From assembly GCF_041146345.1 (NCBI RefSeq), contig NW_027191404.1, positions 62,001 to 126,000 of the forward strand: a stretch of DNA of 64,000 bases, written 5' to 3'. Shown piece by piece: positions 52,956 through 64,000 of this stretch. How positions within the stretch are numbered: the first letter of the stretch is position 1; every line of letters begins with the position of its first letter. Under the pieces are notes generated by a model. The model was not told the DNA's origin. It worked only from the letters and a program-made list of their open reading frames with translations, and did no database searches. Source of the stretch: Neodothiora populina (Eukaryota). A program made the position numbers and the translations under genes.

Positions 52956-53898
52956 GCCTCCAAAGCCTCGTCCATATCCTTTGCATGGTCATTTGGCCGC
53001 AAATCTGCTTTCGATCAACGTCTATCAAGGCGTCGACGCCACTGAGTGGAGACGGGCTGGTACCAACATGATACCGCGTCCTTGCGACCGTGGCAGGATA
53101 TGTTTGACCCGATTGCGACGCGATCACAATTACGAAGCGTTCTCGATGCCTGCAACTCTCGTATCTCCTATATCTTTTTACTTCCTTTAACCTCTACTTA
53201 TGTTTGTACACTATCACGACGCAGACGACGGAGCAGGATGGTGGCGTCGCGATGGCTAGTGCTGCTTGTTCAGCCTTGAAAGTTTAGCTTAATAGCTTAA
53301 TTAATGTGTATAATTACGAACGAACACTTCAACACCACTGTTATGGAAGGATCTGGGGTGTAGTGCTCATTACTGCAAAAACAAAACCGCAAACTTAACC
53401 GTACGACCGAGCACCATAAGAGTCCGTACCTCAAGGCTAGGTAGTCATGCTGAAGCTTAAGGTAGGTAGATACTGAGTTTATGTATATCTCCCAATTCGC
53501 CCCATGAAGTCCCTCTTCGTCTTCCGACTATAGACCGGGCCAAGGTGATATCTCGATAAGACAGTGGATTGTGTGATTAATATGCTATACCACACAGTGC
53601 AAGGCACATTAGAATTGGGTGTGTACCTTTGTAAATAGCAGGCAGTAGTCTCGATTGGGACAAGAACATCTTGGCGATTCGGTATCGGTGAAGCTCCAGC
53701 GCGTCAACTTTCCAGGAGCTCCACGCAACTAAACAAACAATTCTCTCTTTTTGATCACGACTAGACGACCATGTACAGCAAGAGCAGCAGCACCAGCAGC
53801 ATCCGAGACTAGAAAGAATCCCTGACACCAATTCTTCGGACGAACGCAAGAGCGGACAGACGCAAGTCAGAGACCAAATCGATCTCGCCCCGGACGGC

Positions 53899-55160
53899 AT
53901 GGCTGACACTCTGCACAATGCGCCCATTGTGCTCGACAACGGCAGCGGAACGATACGAGCTGGCTTCGCAGGTGAAGACGCGCCGAAGTGCTTCTTCCCT
54001 TCATACGTGGGACGACCGAAACATCTACGGGTGCTGGCAGGCGCGCTGGAGGGCGACGTCTTCATCGGGCAAAAAGCACAAGAGCTGAGGGGCTTGCTCA
54101 AGATTCGATACCCGCTGGAGCACGGCATTGTCACCGACTGGGACGACATGGAGAAGATCTGGCAGCATGTCTATACTGAAGAGCTGAAGACGCTGAGCGA
54201 AGAGCATCCCGTGCTTTTGACCGAGCCCCCTCTCAATCCGCGATCAAATCGTGACACAGCCGCCCAAATCCTGTTCGAGACATTCAACGTACCTGCATTA
54301 TTCACGTCGATACAAGCTGTGCTCTCGCTCTACGCCTCGGGTAGGACCACCGGAATCGTGCTCGATTCGGGTGATGGAGTCTCGCATGCTGTGCCTGTCT
54401 ACGAAGGTTTCGCCATCCCCAACAGTATACGAAGAATCGATGTAGCAGGCAGGGACGTGACAGAGCATCTACAAACGCTACTACGGAAAAGTGGCTACAT
54501 ATTCCACACGAGTGCAGAGAAGGAGGTCGTGCGGCAGATCAAGGAGAAGACGAGCTACGTCGCTCTCGATCCCAAGAAGGAAGAGAAAGAGTGGGCTGTT
54601 GGAGGCGGCAGACAGAACGACAAGACTGTGGAATATGTCTTGCCAGATGGACAGAAACTAAAGGTGATTTGCTGCAACGTCTTGTCTTTGACTGTCGAGT
54701 TGTGCTGACTCGGTGCGTAGATTGGTCCAGAGCGATTCAGAGCCTCGGAAATCCTCTTTGACCCAGAGATCATTGGTCTTGAGTATCCCGGCATCCACCA
54801 AATAGTCGTAGACGCAATAGGTCGTACAGACATGGACCTCCGCAAGTCTCTCTTCGGCAACATTGTCCTGTCCGGTGGATCGACCTTGACCAAGGGATTC
54901 GGCGACAGGCTTCTCCACGAGCTGCAACGGTTGGCGGTCAAGGACATGCGGATCAAGATCTTCGCTCCACCCGAGCGCAAGTACTCGACCTGGATAGGAG
55001 GCAGTATCCTTGCAGGTTTGAGCACGTTTAGAAGGGTGAGTGCAATTCTCCAAGCATGCCAAGTCTTTTCTGCAGCTTCAACACTGACACGGCATAGATG
55101 TGGGTGAGCATCGATGACTGGCACGAGAACCCAGACATCATTCACACCAAATTCGCGTGA
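53899..55160 (+). CDS. ARP1: Actin-related protein 1 (centractin, dynactin subunit); exons 53899..54663, 54721..55035, 55098..55160
   Basis: Actin fold with Arp1-type residues: [80 protein letters not shown]. Confidence 0.95.
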
Positions 55161-56065
55161 TCTCTCGCTCCTCGACAACCATTCGTCGCCCAGTGGAAAT
55201 TGCTCCTGGCTGGCTCCACTGCTTTTCACGGGGCAACAACAATGACAAAGCCGCCGCCATTCGCGGCTACTAATAGACGCTTTTGGAAAGTCCTAAAGAT
55301 CAACGATTCATCTGGCTCACCGCACCTTCGAGGTCCTCTTGATTCGAATCTCGTGATCTCAGCCCCGCAAAGTCAAATGGCACGGTCGAGCTGATGATGG
55401 TTCCTGATGAAGAAGGTGCTCTGGCAGGAGAAAAGCTCGAGCTCAGGCAACATACCCTCTACTTACCTACCTTACCTACCTGTACATTGAGGGGGTCGGT
55501 GAACGGGGAGGAGCAACAATGTGGGGAAAGGCGTGCATCTACCCCTCCGGGGTTCCGAATGTATTACCAAATAGTCTGTTACAGAAGGAGGGGACGAGCA
55601 CTTGGAAGGTCTCAGCTACTGTACCTTAGTCTAGCTGTCACAGCAGTCGTGTCAAGACTTGACTTCTGTGGGCGCGAGTTCCTTCGGCTGAAGCCCCGGA
55701 TTCCCCTTTCCATGATGTTTCTTCACCATTACGAGAAAAGTACGGTCAAGTACAATTAAACCAGATTCAGCCATGGTACCTTGTTGCACATACAGTGTGC
55801 CGTCTGCTGCGGTTGTAAACAAGAGCCCCATGACCAGAACGTTACCCTTGCGTCAAATTGCCGTGTCTCCTTCGTCCACGTGCTGCATGGGTAGTGGCTA
55901 GCATATTCTTGTCCAACGCATGCCTATGCTTAAGGTAGGTGTGCTGCGTGTGTTACCCCACGTATCGAGTCCGTTTCGGACGTAAGCCATCCAGCCTCAA
56001 AGTTGCTCGTTGTGGGCCTTTTCGCACGTTAAATCGCATCATGCTCTCCGCCCATCTGCCAAGGC

Positions 56066-56141
56066 CCATTTTTCAATTTCCTGGGGGTAATATGGCCCTC
56101 CTGAAATCGACGCTATTACCCCCAGGAAATTCCAGAAATGG
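56066..56141. repeat. Perfect 18-bp inverted repeat (hairpin/cruciform) with a 21-nt spacer
   Basis: AATTTCCTGGGGGTAATA (56075-56092) and TATTACCCCCAGGAAATT (56114-56131), with outer CCATTT/AAATGG pairing. Confidence 0.9.
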
Positions 56142-56859
56142 TACTATGATTTTACCTGCGGGTTTTTTTCCTCTCGCGTCTGCACGGTACATGGGTTCGT
56201 TTACGAGTACTGCTGATGCAATAGTTCTCCCTCGCCGCTCTTGTTGCTTACAGCTGCGCCGCAGAGGGCGGCAAAATTGATGACGAATAGTTCTGCATCA
56301 TAGGTAGGACCTCTGTGTCGGCACCGACCGAAGGTGCCAGAGTCGGCTCGAACACTCCAAGCCTACAAGGTTGCTGGGCGGCGAGGAGCAAAAAAAAGTC
56401 TGTGAAAAAAAAGACCAAGCCAAGGCTCCGTCCGGGCGGAGTTCACGACGCCCCTTGCAACGCTTACGTCAAGGTTTTCAGCGAACGTTCTCCCTCTAAC
56501 CTCTAGCTGCAAAGTGCTTGCCGTTAACTGAAGTGCGATGCGCACGCATGACCTCTGCACCGGGCGAGATGACTCTTACAGGGATAATCTCAGATTTTGT
56601 TCGCGATGTTGCAATTTTGCGTATTTGTTTCTTGGTAAGGTATACTTGGAAAACATGTCACTTGCGGCCTATATAGACCCATGCTCCCCTCCGCCACTTG
56701 TCTACGGTAGGTCAATACAAAACCCAACACCTAACAATTCAGACAATTTTGAGTCTCTACTACTGTTTTGCTCTACGCGAATCACACATCCACTTGCTAT
56801 AGATATATACACTTAGTCATCTATACTTTTGCACATCACCCTCACATAACTATCCAAAC

Positions 56860-57357
56860 ATGACTCGATACTCAATCTGCGAGCCACACCCCACCGTTCC
56901 CTCAAGGGGACGTCCAGCATACATCCAAGCTGGTCGTGGTGGTGCAGGCAACATCAAGCGTTATAACTCACATGAGCTCACGCATGGCCCGGCAGCAGCA
57001 GGCCCAGCTTCGCGCGCTGATCTCTCTCCCCCACCGACTACTGCCAAGTTCACCGCCGGCCGTGGTGGCGCGGGTAACACCTTCACCCGCAGCCCTGAGC
57101 AACGAGCCATCTTCAGCTTCGACGAAGAACTCAAGCGCGACGAGATGATCAAGGAGAACATGTCCAAGACGCCCATCTACCACATCGGTCGCGGTGGAGC
57201 TGGCAACGCCATCAACGAGATGGAGCCCAAGGGTGGCAGGAACGGATCTATGCTTTCTGGATCCAGCAGAGCTTCCACGTCGTCAAACGTATCGAACAGG
57301 GCGAGGAGCATCTTCAGAACCCTCAGTCGAACGATCAGCAGAGACAGCAAGCAATAG
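56860..57357 (+). CDS. DUF3602 / Par32-like small protein
   Basis: Three GRGGAGN motifs, FSFDEEL, Ser/Arg-rich tail; upstream TATA-like tatata and an ATG in aacATG context. Confidence 0.85.
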   Translation: MTRYSICEPHPTVPSRGRPAYIQAGRGGAGNIKRYNSHELTHGPAAAGPASRADLSPPPTTAKFTAGRGGAGNTFTRSPEQRAIFSFDEELKRDEMIKENMSKTPIYHIGRGGAGNAINEMEPKGGRNGSMLSGSSRASTSSNVSNRARSIFRTLSRTISRDSKQ

Positions 57358-59122
57358 ACCGGTGGGGGAGACTTTTCCACCGGTTTAGTGTTTTTCTGAG
57401 TTATTTCTTGCTCATTTTTCCTGCGTTCGAGCGTTTTCCTTACTATTCAATCATCCCACCTTGCATCATTGCTGGCGTCTCCACTATGCCCATCATGGCT
57501 TCGATCATCGCGAAGCAGAGCAAAGCGGTGGTACTCTGCATTACAGCATCCTTGGTTCACGACATGACAATGGCGTCTGGACATCATCGGTTCTTTAACG
57601 ACCCGCGTCGGCATTCGACGATAAACACAAAAAGTTCTATCTGTTTTCTAGCATTTGGTTTCTCGGCTACAGCATAGCGCTGTGCATTCTGCACATATAC
57701 TCTTCTCACCTCTCCAACACAATTGGGCGCAGCGAACGGCGGCGAGGCTTTTTCTTTCTTCTTCACACATCACCAAAACCCTTCGATTCACACAGTATTT
57801 ATTTTCTTGTCACATGATACAATATATGTAATTATTCGGGGGGCGGATCTGGTCTTAAGCGGACGACGAAAGTAGCATTATACCCCGAGACACCCAATAC
57901 TGGGCTCAAACACTTTGCCAGCTCTTTTTTTTTCTGGCATAACAACAATATCAGAAACTTGATGATCAACTATCAACGAACCAAGCATTTCTTGAACCTC
58001 CTCCTGATTAAGTGACATTGTGCCTTTTTCCACTCATCCGCCAGCTGCTCTCCAAGTGATCTCTGTTAGGCCATCCCAGATCTCGATTGCGCCATCGAGG
58101 TGGACTCCGAATCGACTGCAGCGGCCTGACTTATGATGATGCCGTACGGCTTACGTGTCTTGTGATCGAAGACTGTTCGATTTTTTCTTGCCTTCCAGCC
58201 TCGATAGAAATCTTCTCTCGGCTTATTGATCTCGGAATGGTATGGCTAAGCTCGTACGTACTAGAAGAGCTTTTTCCACATCGAGATTGAGTTTTACCGT
58301 GCTTGCTTTCTTGGTATATGCAATTTTACCAGAAATCCAATATTGGCAGTAAGTCCTGAGCCAAAGCAAAACGGAGGGAGAGCTCGTCCAGCTATTGTAT
58401 TCTAGCTACAATCTTCAATGATGCCGATATTGTCTTTCACAACACTTCGTAGGTTCTATTGAAATTCACCATCACATACGAGACAGCTTCGAACAACCAT
58501 TGAGACCAGAATGTGCACAATAATCACGGATCATGGTAGAAGCATGCTCGCCTTGAGATCAGATCAAGCGACTACACACGCATGCGACAAAATCGAACAG
58601 GGTCGCCCTCCAGCAGCGCCCTGAGATCGGCAGTCCTGTCCCGCTCCAGTGACGATTCGGTCGGCACATCCACTGGACATCGTCATCAGTCAGGCACGCC
58701 CGAAAATTCAAAACAAACAAACTCTCGGATCTCGCACGGCAAGCAACGCGCAATACCGCGCAAGTAAGAAAAATAAATAAAATTAGCACATCAAGGTTAG
58801 CAGCCGACAAGGCACCCAGCACCCCAACTCCACTCTTTGTTCACTGGTACAGAAAGAGAAAATTCGTAGACCCTGGATGGTACGGTATGACTTCATTGAT
58901 GAGTTTAATGATTTTTTTCGATGGCACTTTCCACGTGTCACTTTCAGTCGATGGTTGTGGTTGTGGTTGTGATCGTAGTCGTATTTAATCGTATCTCATC
59001 GACGCCTGACGCACGCACATACGCACACACGCGCGCGTACTATATGTGTCTGTGTTTTATCTCTGGAATACTGCAGTCTTTTCTCTTTCTCTTTCGCTTC
59101 TCGATTGCTTGGCCATCTCTGG

Positions 59123-59146
59123 CTGTGCTGTGCTGTGCTGTGCTGC
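59123..59146. repeat. (CTGTG)n microsatellite
   Basis: ctgtgctgtgctgtgctgtgctg. Confidence 0.75.
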
Positions 59147-59712
59147 TGTTTCGTCTTGGCGCAGAGCACACATGATGATCTCCACCGACGGGAGGGGGGG
59201 GGGATTGATGAAGAGGTTCCGAGATTTGCGTGATTCGCTTTGCGTTGCTTTCTGTGTTTGCTTCATGTTCATCGATTCATCCCTTCGAGAAGGATGGATA
59301 TTTCGCCGAGGTCGATCGTCTGTTTCTTCTGGTGGCGTTTTGGTTCGCACCTTATTGCACAGTGTACACACCACCGCGAAATCAAAGCAGACGCACTGTT
59401 GTTGCGCATGCACACACACTTCTTGTTCGGCTGTAAATAAATACCGCAGAACAGAGGACAATCAATTCATTGCACTTGTGGCTGGGCTGTTTTACTGATC
59501 GTGTCCCTGCACTACAATTTTGTGACAGCCACGCGCGCTTCTGGTTTGATGGATTTCTAACACATCGATTATGTGGTCGAGACCTTGGGACACAAAGTCC
59601 ATCGCTGTCACTTTCACCCCTCTTTCAGGATGATTCGGCCTTTCCGCTCGGTTTCATACTCGCAATTGAATCAACACTTCCTCTTTGCTCGGTCTTTGTC
59701 TAGCTTTGCAAC

Positions 59713-61233
59713 TCAAGAGAGGTACTCTGCGTCGACATACCACTCCCGCTCGTACCTGTCACCTATGATCTCCTCGATTGTTCTCGGCTTCGTCAACTGA
59801 CTACTGAAGCTCGCCCTCGCCTTGCCATCCGTAGGGTAACTGCCAGGCCCCGTGTTACCGAACTCCTCGAACTGAACATGATCGGTCCGCTCATCGCCGC
59901 TGTTCCATATATTCCATCCCTTCGTGTTGACGACGGGACTGAGATATGTGTTCTGGATCGTCACGCGCGCATAATCTCTCCATGGTCGGCCTAGGTAGTT
60001 GAGGCCGGTCTGCGCTTCGACGGACGCGTTGATGCCGTGGATGCTGCTGCCGTCGATAATGTACCAGCTGGCATCGTCTGCTGACGCCCGGCCAGATGCA
60101 GTGATGCTGCCTGCGGCTATGGTCACAATGGAGATGTTGTGCAGCCAGGCCTGCGCATGTTGGCCGAAGATGAAGTCTATCGCGCCTTGGATCTGACACA
60201 CGCTGTATATCTGAGCTCCTGTCTCTGCCAAGAGCGTGTCTTGGTAGCTGTAGAGGCCCACACTATACCACAAGTCAGTAAGTCTGTGCTGAATAGCTGT
60301 AGTGAACTTTCAATGGATGAGAGACGTTCTTGCTTACCCGTAGTATCCTTGATTTGCGGCCTGCGCACTGAGAGCAAGGTTCTGGCCATTGCTGTTTGTG
60401 TGTCCGAACGTATTCAGGATGTTGAGATTGTACTAGCTCACGATCAGCTTTCTCTGCGTTATAGCAGTGACACCACTTCGAGGCTGCTCCTAGGAGTACA
60501 AGTCAAGGAGACAGAAACACAAAGTACTAATCACAAATGTGACAACACTACCGAGGCGTGCTCTGGTGGGAACATGACCAAAGTAATGTTATCGCCCGCA
60601 CGATGCACAGACGCCTGAATCAGCAACTCTTTGCATTGGGACTGGATCCGCATACACCCCCTGAATGACAACAAAGAAACAGAGAAAAGGTGCATCAAGA
60701 CAAAGCCTCCGAAAACGAGAATCAAAGGCAAAACACGCCAGATCGAAGAAAAAGGCAAAAACAGTCAACACGAAAAGCTGCAACAAACTCACCACCTTAA
60801 CATTCTCCGCCCAAATCCTCACAGTAGCAGTCAAGTCGTCAGTAGTGGTATCCTGCAACGCGAGATTATACGTGACATTGACCCTGTTCGCAACCCAAGA
60901 CGACGCATCCTCAGTATACCCCTGGATCGTCAGATTCGCCTTGCGAGGCGCGATGTAGACCTGTTCCTTGTACACCCCAGGGTAGATGAAGAGGTACTGA
61001 TCGCCTGTCTCTGTCGTGCTCAGGGCATTTACTCCTTCTTGGATCGTGGCGTAGACGGTGGACGAGCCGTGGGATGAGGCCGATGAGTCGACGACGATGG
61101 CGCCTGATGGAGGAGTTGTGCGAGCCTCGGATAGGACACAGTATACTGTAGATGCCAGAAAGGAGAGGTCAAGGAAGATGGACAGAAGGAGAGCAAAGGA
61201 GAACCCTCTACTTCCACCTGTACTAAGAAGCAT
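59713..61233 (-). CDS. Secreted pectinesterase (CE8); exons 61233..60793, 60432..60338, 60262..59713
   Basis: Hydrophobic N-terminus, ARTTPPSGA, FIYPGVYKEQV, YNLNILNTFG..GQNLALSA (exon missing from the ORF track), YQDTLL, GAIDFIFG, YLGRPW. Confidence 0.92.
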
Positions 61234-62251
61234 CGTGACTGGACCAGAACTGAAGCTACTGTATATGAGTATCAAAAGCGAGCAAATCTCGTTATCCAAG
61301 TACATATACGAAATGAAACGAGTGAGAACATTCGCAATACAACCCACAACAGAAGCATCAGAGAGAGAGCTATATATACTCCACTCCAAGCATAACCCAC
61401 CCACTTGACTATTCCACTCGAGGGGTGCAAAAGCTTCGCAGATAGACATACTATACACACAAAGGCGCGGCGAGGTGTGGCGAGGCGAGGCCAAGGTCCA
61501 CACATATCGCGTACGTGGATATTAAAGAACACAGCAAGCTAATGCACCGCCCATATGAGATGCAGCAGACTACCAAAAGCAAAGTAGAGACCGGCGGGGA
61601 CGTCTGTGATATCCCGCTAAGAGCCCTGTGAAGAAGCACTCCACAGCGTAAGGTACTATCTGGCTTATGTTTAGTCGATCGATGGCGCTGTGGGACGGCA
61701 GTTGCGTTCTAGCAAGACCGTGATCTACCCGCGTCTGTTGCGGACTTCTACAACGTCCTGTACGCAGTAAAGTTGCGAGTGAGTGTTGTTCCGAGGATTG
61801 AATTAAAGTAGGCGGGTATCTCTTATCAATGCCGCATTCGGCGCGAAAATAGATGAAAGCCCCATCTGTAATGCATATATGTACAGTGTCAGTGTCGAAG
61901 CGTGCGTTTTCGCCTACCACAATAGGCCTAGGTCTAGGCTTGTTCGATCAATACACCATATACAACCTGAAATTGAAATCGTCTCATAGGATCATCTGAT
62001 TCAGAAACAAGCTCGGTTCTAGACATAATGTATAGGCAATGCAATAACATCATACAAAGCTCCGGCTCTGCATTACTCATCTTGCTTCGCTATATTACTA
62101 CTGGTGGGCCACATCTTATACTTTGATTGTTAATAGTAATGGCATGTGAGCTTACTGTCGTGAGCCGGCTGAGCCAGTCCATTAAAAGATACTTCTTTGC
62201 ATAAAAACTAGTCCTTGTTGATCGAAACTTGTCGTGCGAGCGGCGTCGATG

Positions 62252-64000
62252 TCACATCGTGTCCAATACCTGTGAAATCTCCTTCAGCTTCACTGGCTTG
62301 GTCAGAAACAGGTCGAAGCCGCTCGCGAACGCCTCCTGTCTGGCCTCCGCCGTGACCATCCCAGTCAGAGCTATGATATTTGCCGGCTTGAGTCCCAAAT
62401 CACGCTCGTATCTTCGAATACGTCGAGTAGCCTCTAGTCCGTCCAAGACGGGCATGTTCAGATCCATGAAGATGAAATTGTAAGCTTCATAATCCTTTGA
62501 AAGCTCTGGCGATTTTGCAAATGCTAACGGTACACCTGCACAGTACATCTCGACTGCTTGAGCGCCATCCTCTGCCACACTATATGTACGCCGTTGCCGT
62601 TGCATGTATGTTGTTAACAGCCGTAGATTGATGGAATTGTCATCAACAAGCAGTATTGTAGCTTTGGAAGGGTGCTCGGTCTTCGATGACACATCATACG
62701 ATAGCACAGTTGTTAGCTGATCCTGGTTCACGGGTGTTTTGCGCTCTGAAGAAGGAGGTTGAAGTGCCTCATGAGCAGAAGGAAACTGTGGTGGAACTCT
62801 ATCCTTCGAAACGGCTTCTGTGTTGCCTAAGAGAGTACTGTCTTCCAGTCGGATGAGTGGTTGTTGACCTGACCCCATGAGAGCTGGCGAAGGATCGCGA
62901 GGCATGGGATCAGCCATCGGACAGTCATTCGGGGCCACATCACCCTTCTTCTGGTTCGCTACCGTCGATGCGGTGAATGAAGGTAGATTATGAGCATCCT
63001 GGTCAGCATCACTATGCAATGGTTGAGGCACCACTCCACTCAAAGGATTGATCGATGGTCTTGTCGCGTTGTGTTGTGGATTGAGCTGCAGGGATGGAAA
63101 GTCAGCATTTGTGTCACACCCAGCCCATGATTGCTGCCAGCGCATTAGCGACCTTGGTTGGACCGATACTGTGGAGAAAGTCAGCTAGTCCCGTGCTGGC
63201 CTTGAAGTCCCACTCACGGTTGAGATATGCAGAAAACCCTGTAAGAGAAGGTTGTGGTAGTATTGAAGCTCTCCAGGGCTCGTGCAGTGACTGAGTCCGC
63301 GCAAAGCACTATGAGAACCCTGGTTGGACGTTCGTCAGGTCTAGAAAATTCAGGGATAATCTTGCCAGGAAGCTGTCGAAGGTGTTTTGCTGATGTGACA
63401 TAAAGCCTTTCATCCCCGAGGTCGGTCGTCAAGTCTGTGGCCATCCCAAAGCATTTTTCGCTTATCTCGGCGAAGGTCCAAACTAAGTCACTTGAGGTGT
63501 TTGAGATAATGGAGTCTCGAACTGCATTTAGTTTCAGGTCATGCCTACGATCCGAAACAATGTGAATGGCGGATGCCGCGGATACGTGTGTGCCTCTCAT
63601 AAGAGGCACGGTAACTTTGAATGTAGTACCTCGGCCTTGCTTGCTCTTGATCGAGATAGTACCGTTCATATTGTCGACAATCCGCTTCACAATGGACAGA
63701 CCAAGACCTGTGCCGGGGCTGAGTGGATCCTCCTGGACGAAAGGAGCAAAAACACTCTCATCGACAAATTGCTTGCTCATGCCCCTGCCAGAGTCGGCGA
63801 TTGTGAGGATATAATTCGATGCATCGGGGTTTCCAGAGATACGTGTGTTCCTCAAAGTCACGCTAATGAAGCCTTGGGTCGTGTACTTCAGGGCAATTCC
63901 AGCGAGATTCAGGACAATTCTGCGCCAGGCACCAGGTTGCGTAAGAACGTTCCAGCAAGTGCTCTCCGGATTGAAATATGTCACGGAAACTGCAATTCTG
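62252..64000 (-). CDS. 3' part of a hybrid two-component histidine kinase (HATPase_c plus C-terminal receiver); possibly degenerate
   Basis: TQPGAWRRIVLNL, G1 DSGRGM, F box PFVQE, G2 GTGLGLSIV; receiver LLVDDN, FMDLNMPVLDG, ALTG, FLTKP. Intron 63217..63169 is clear, but a second atypical intron is needed to bypass TGA at 63114-63116. Confidence 0.8.

Noticed and set aside
1..64000. Transposons, RIP-type AT-rich relics, CRISPR arrays, telomeric repeats, TPP riboswitch, C/D snoRNAs, TGA-CTA readthrough signals
   Set aside because: Looked for by eye and none supported; Rfam and repeat-library scans are needed to exclude weak cases

Overview
This is eukaryotic DNA from a filamentous ascomycete (Pezizomycotina; Dothideomycete-like is my inference), with short GT-AG introns, CTRAC branch points and intergenic microsatellites. 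I can model 16 protein-coding loci and one intron-containing tRNA-Lys(CTT). In order: phospholipase D1/SPO14 (5' end outside the window), DEAD-box helicase HAS1, an FLC/PKD2 TRP-like membrane protein, a 1633-aa acidic low-complexity orphan, a siderophore-iron MFS transporter, a sugar porter, a TPMT-family thiol/halide methyltransferase, an amino-acid permease, a sterol-glucosyltransferase-like enzyme broken by a 1-nt frameshift, a Dal81/TamA-like Zn2Cys6 factor, the tRNA, a secreted GH13 alpha-amylase, NCE102, ARP1, a PAR32/DUF3602 protein, a CE8 pectinesterase and the 3' part of a hybrid histidine kinase. I see no transposon, CRISPR array, rRNA or convincing new multi-gene system. The most notable signals are a perfect 18-bp inverted repeat upstream of the PAR32-like gene, a C-run frameshift in the glycosyltransferase, a kinase with an N-box Asn->Ile change and a stop that needs an atypical intron, a PLD 'stop' that is really a splice donor, and a ~1.15-kb ATG-depleted leader before FLC. 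All family calls come from motifs recognised by eye; no searches were run.
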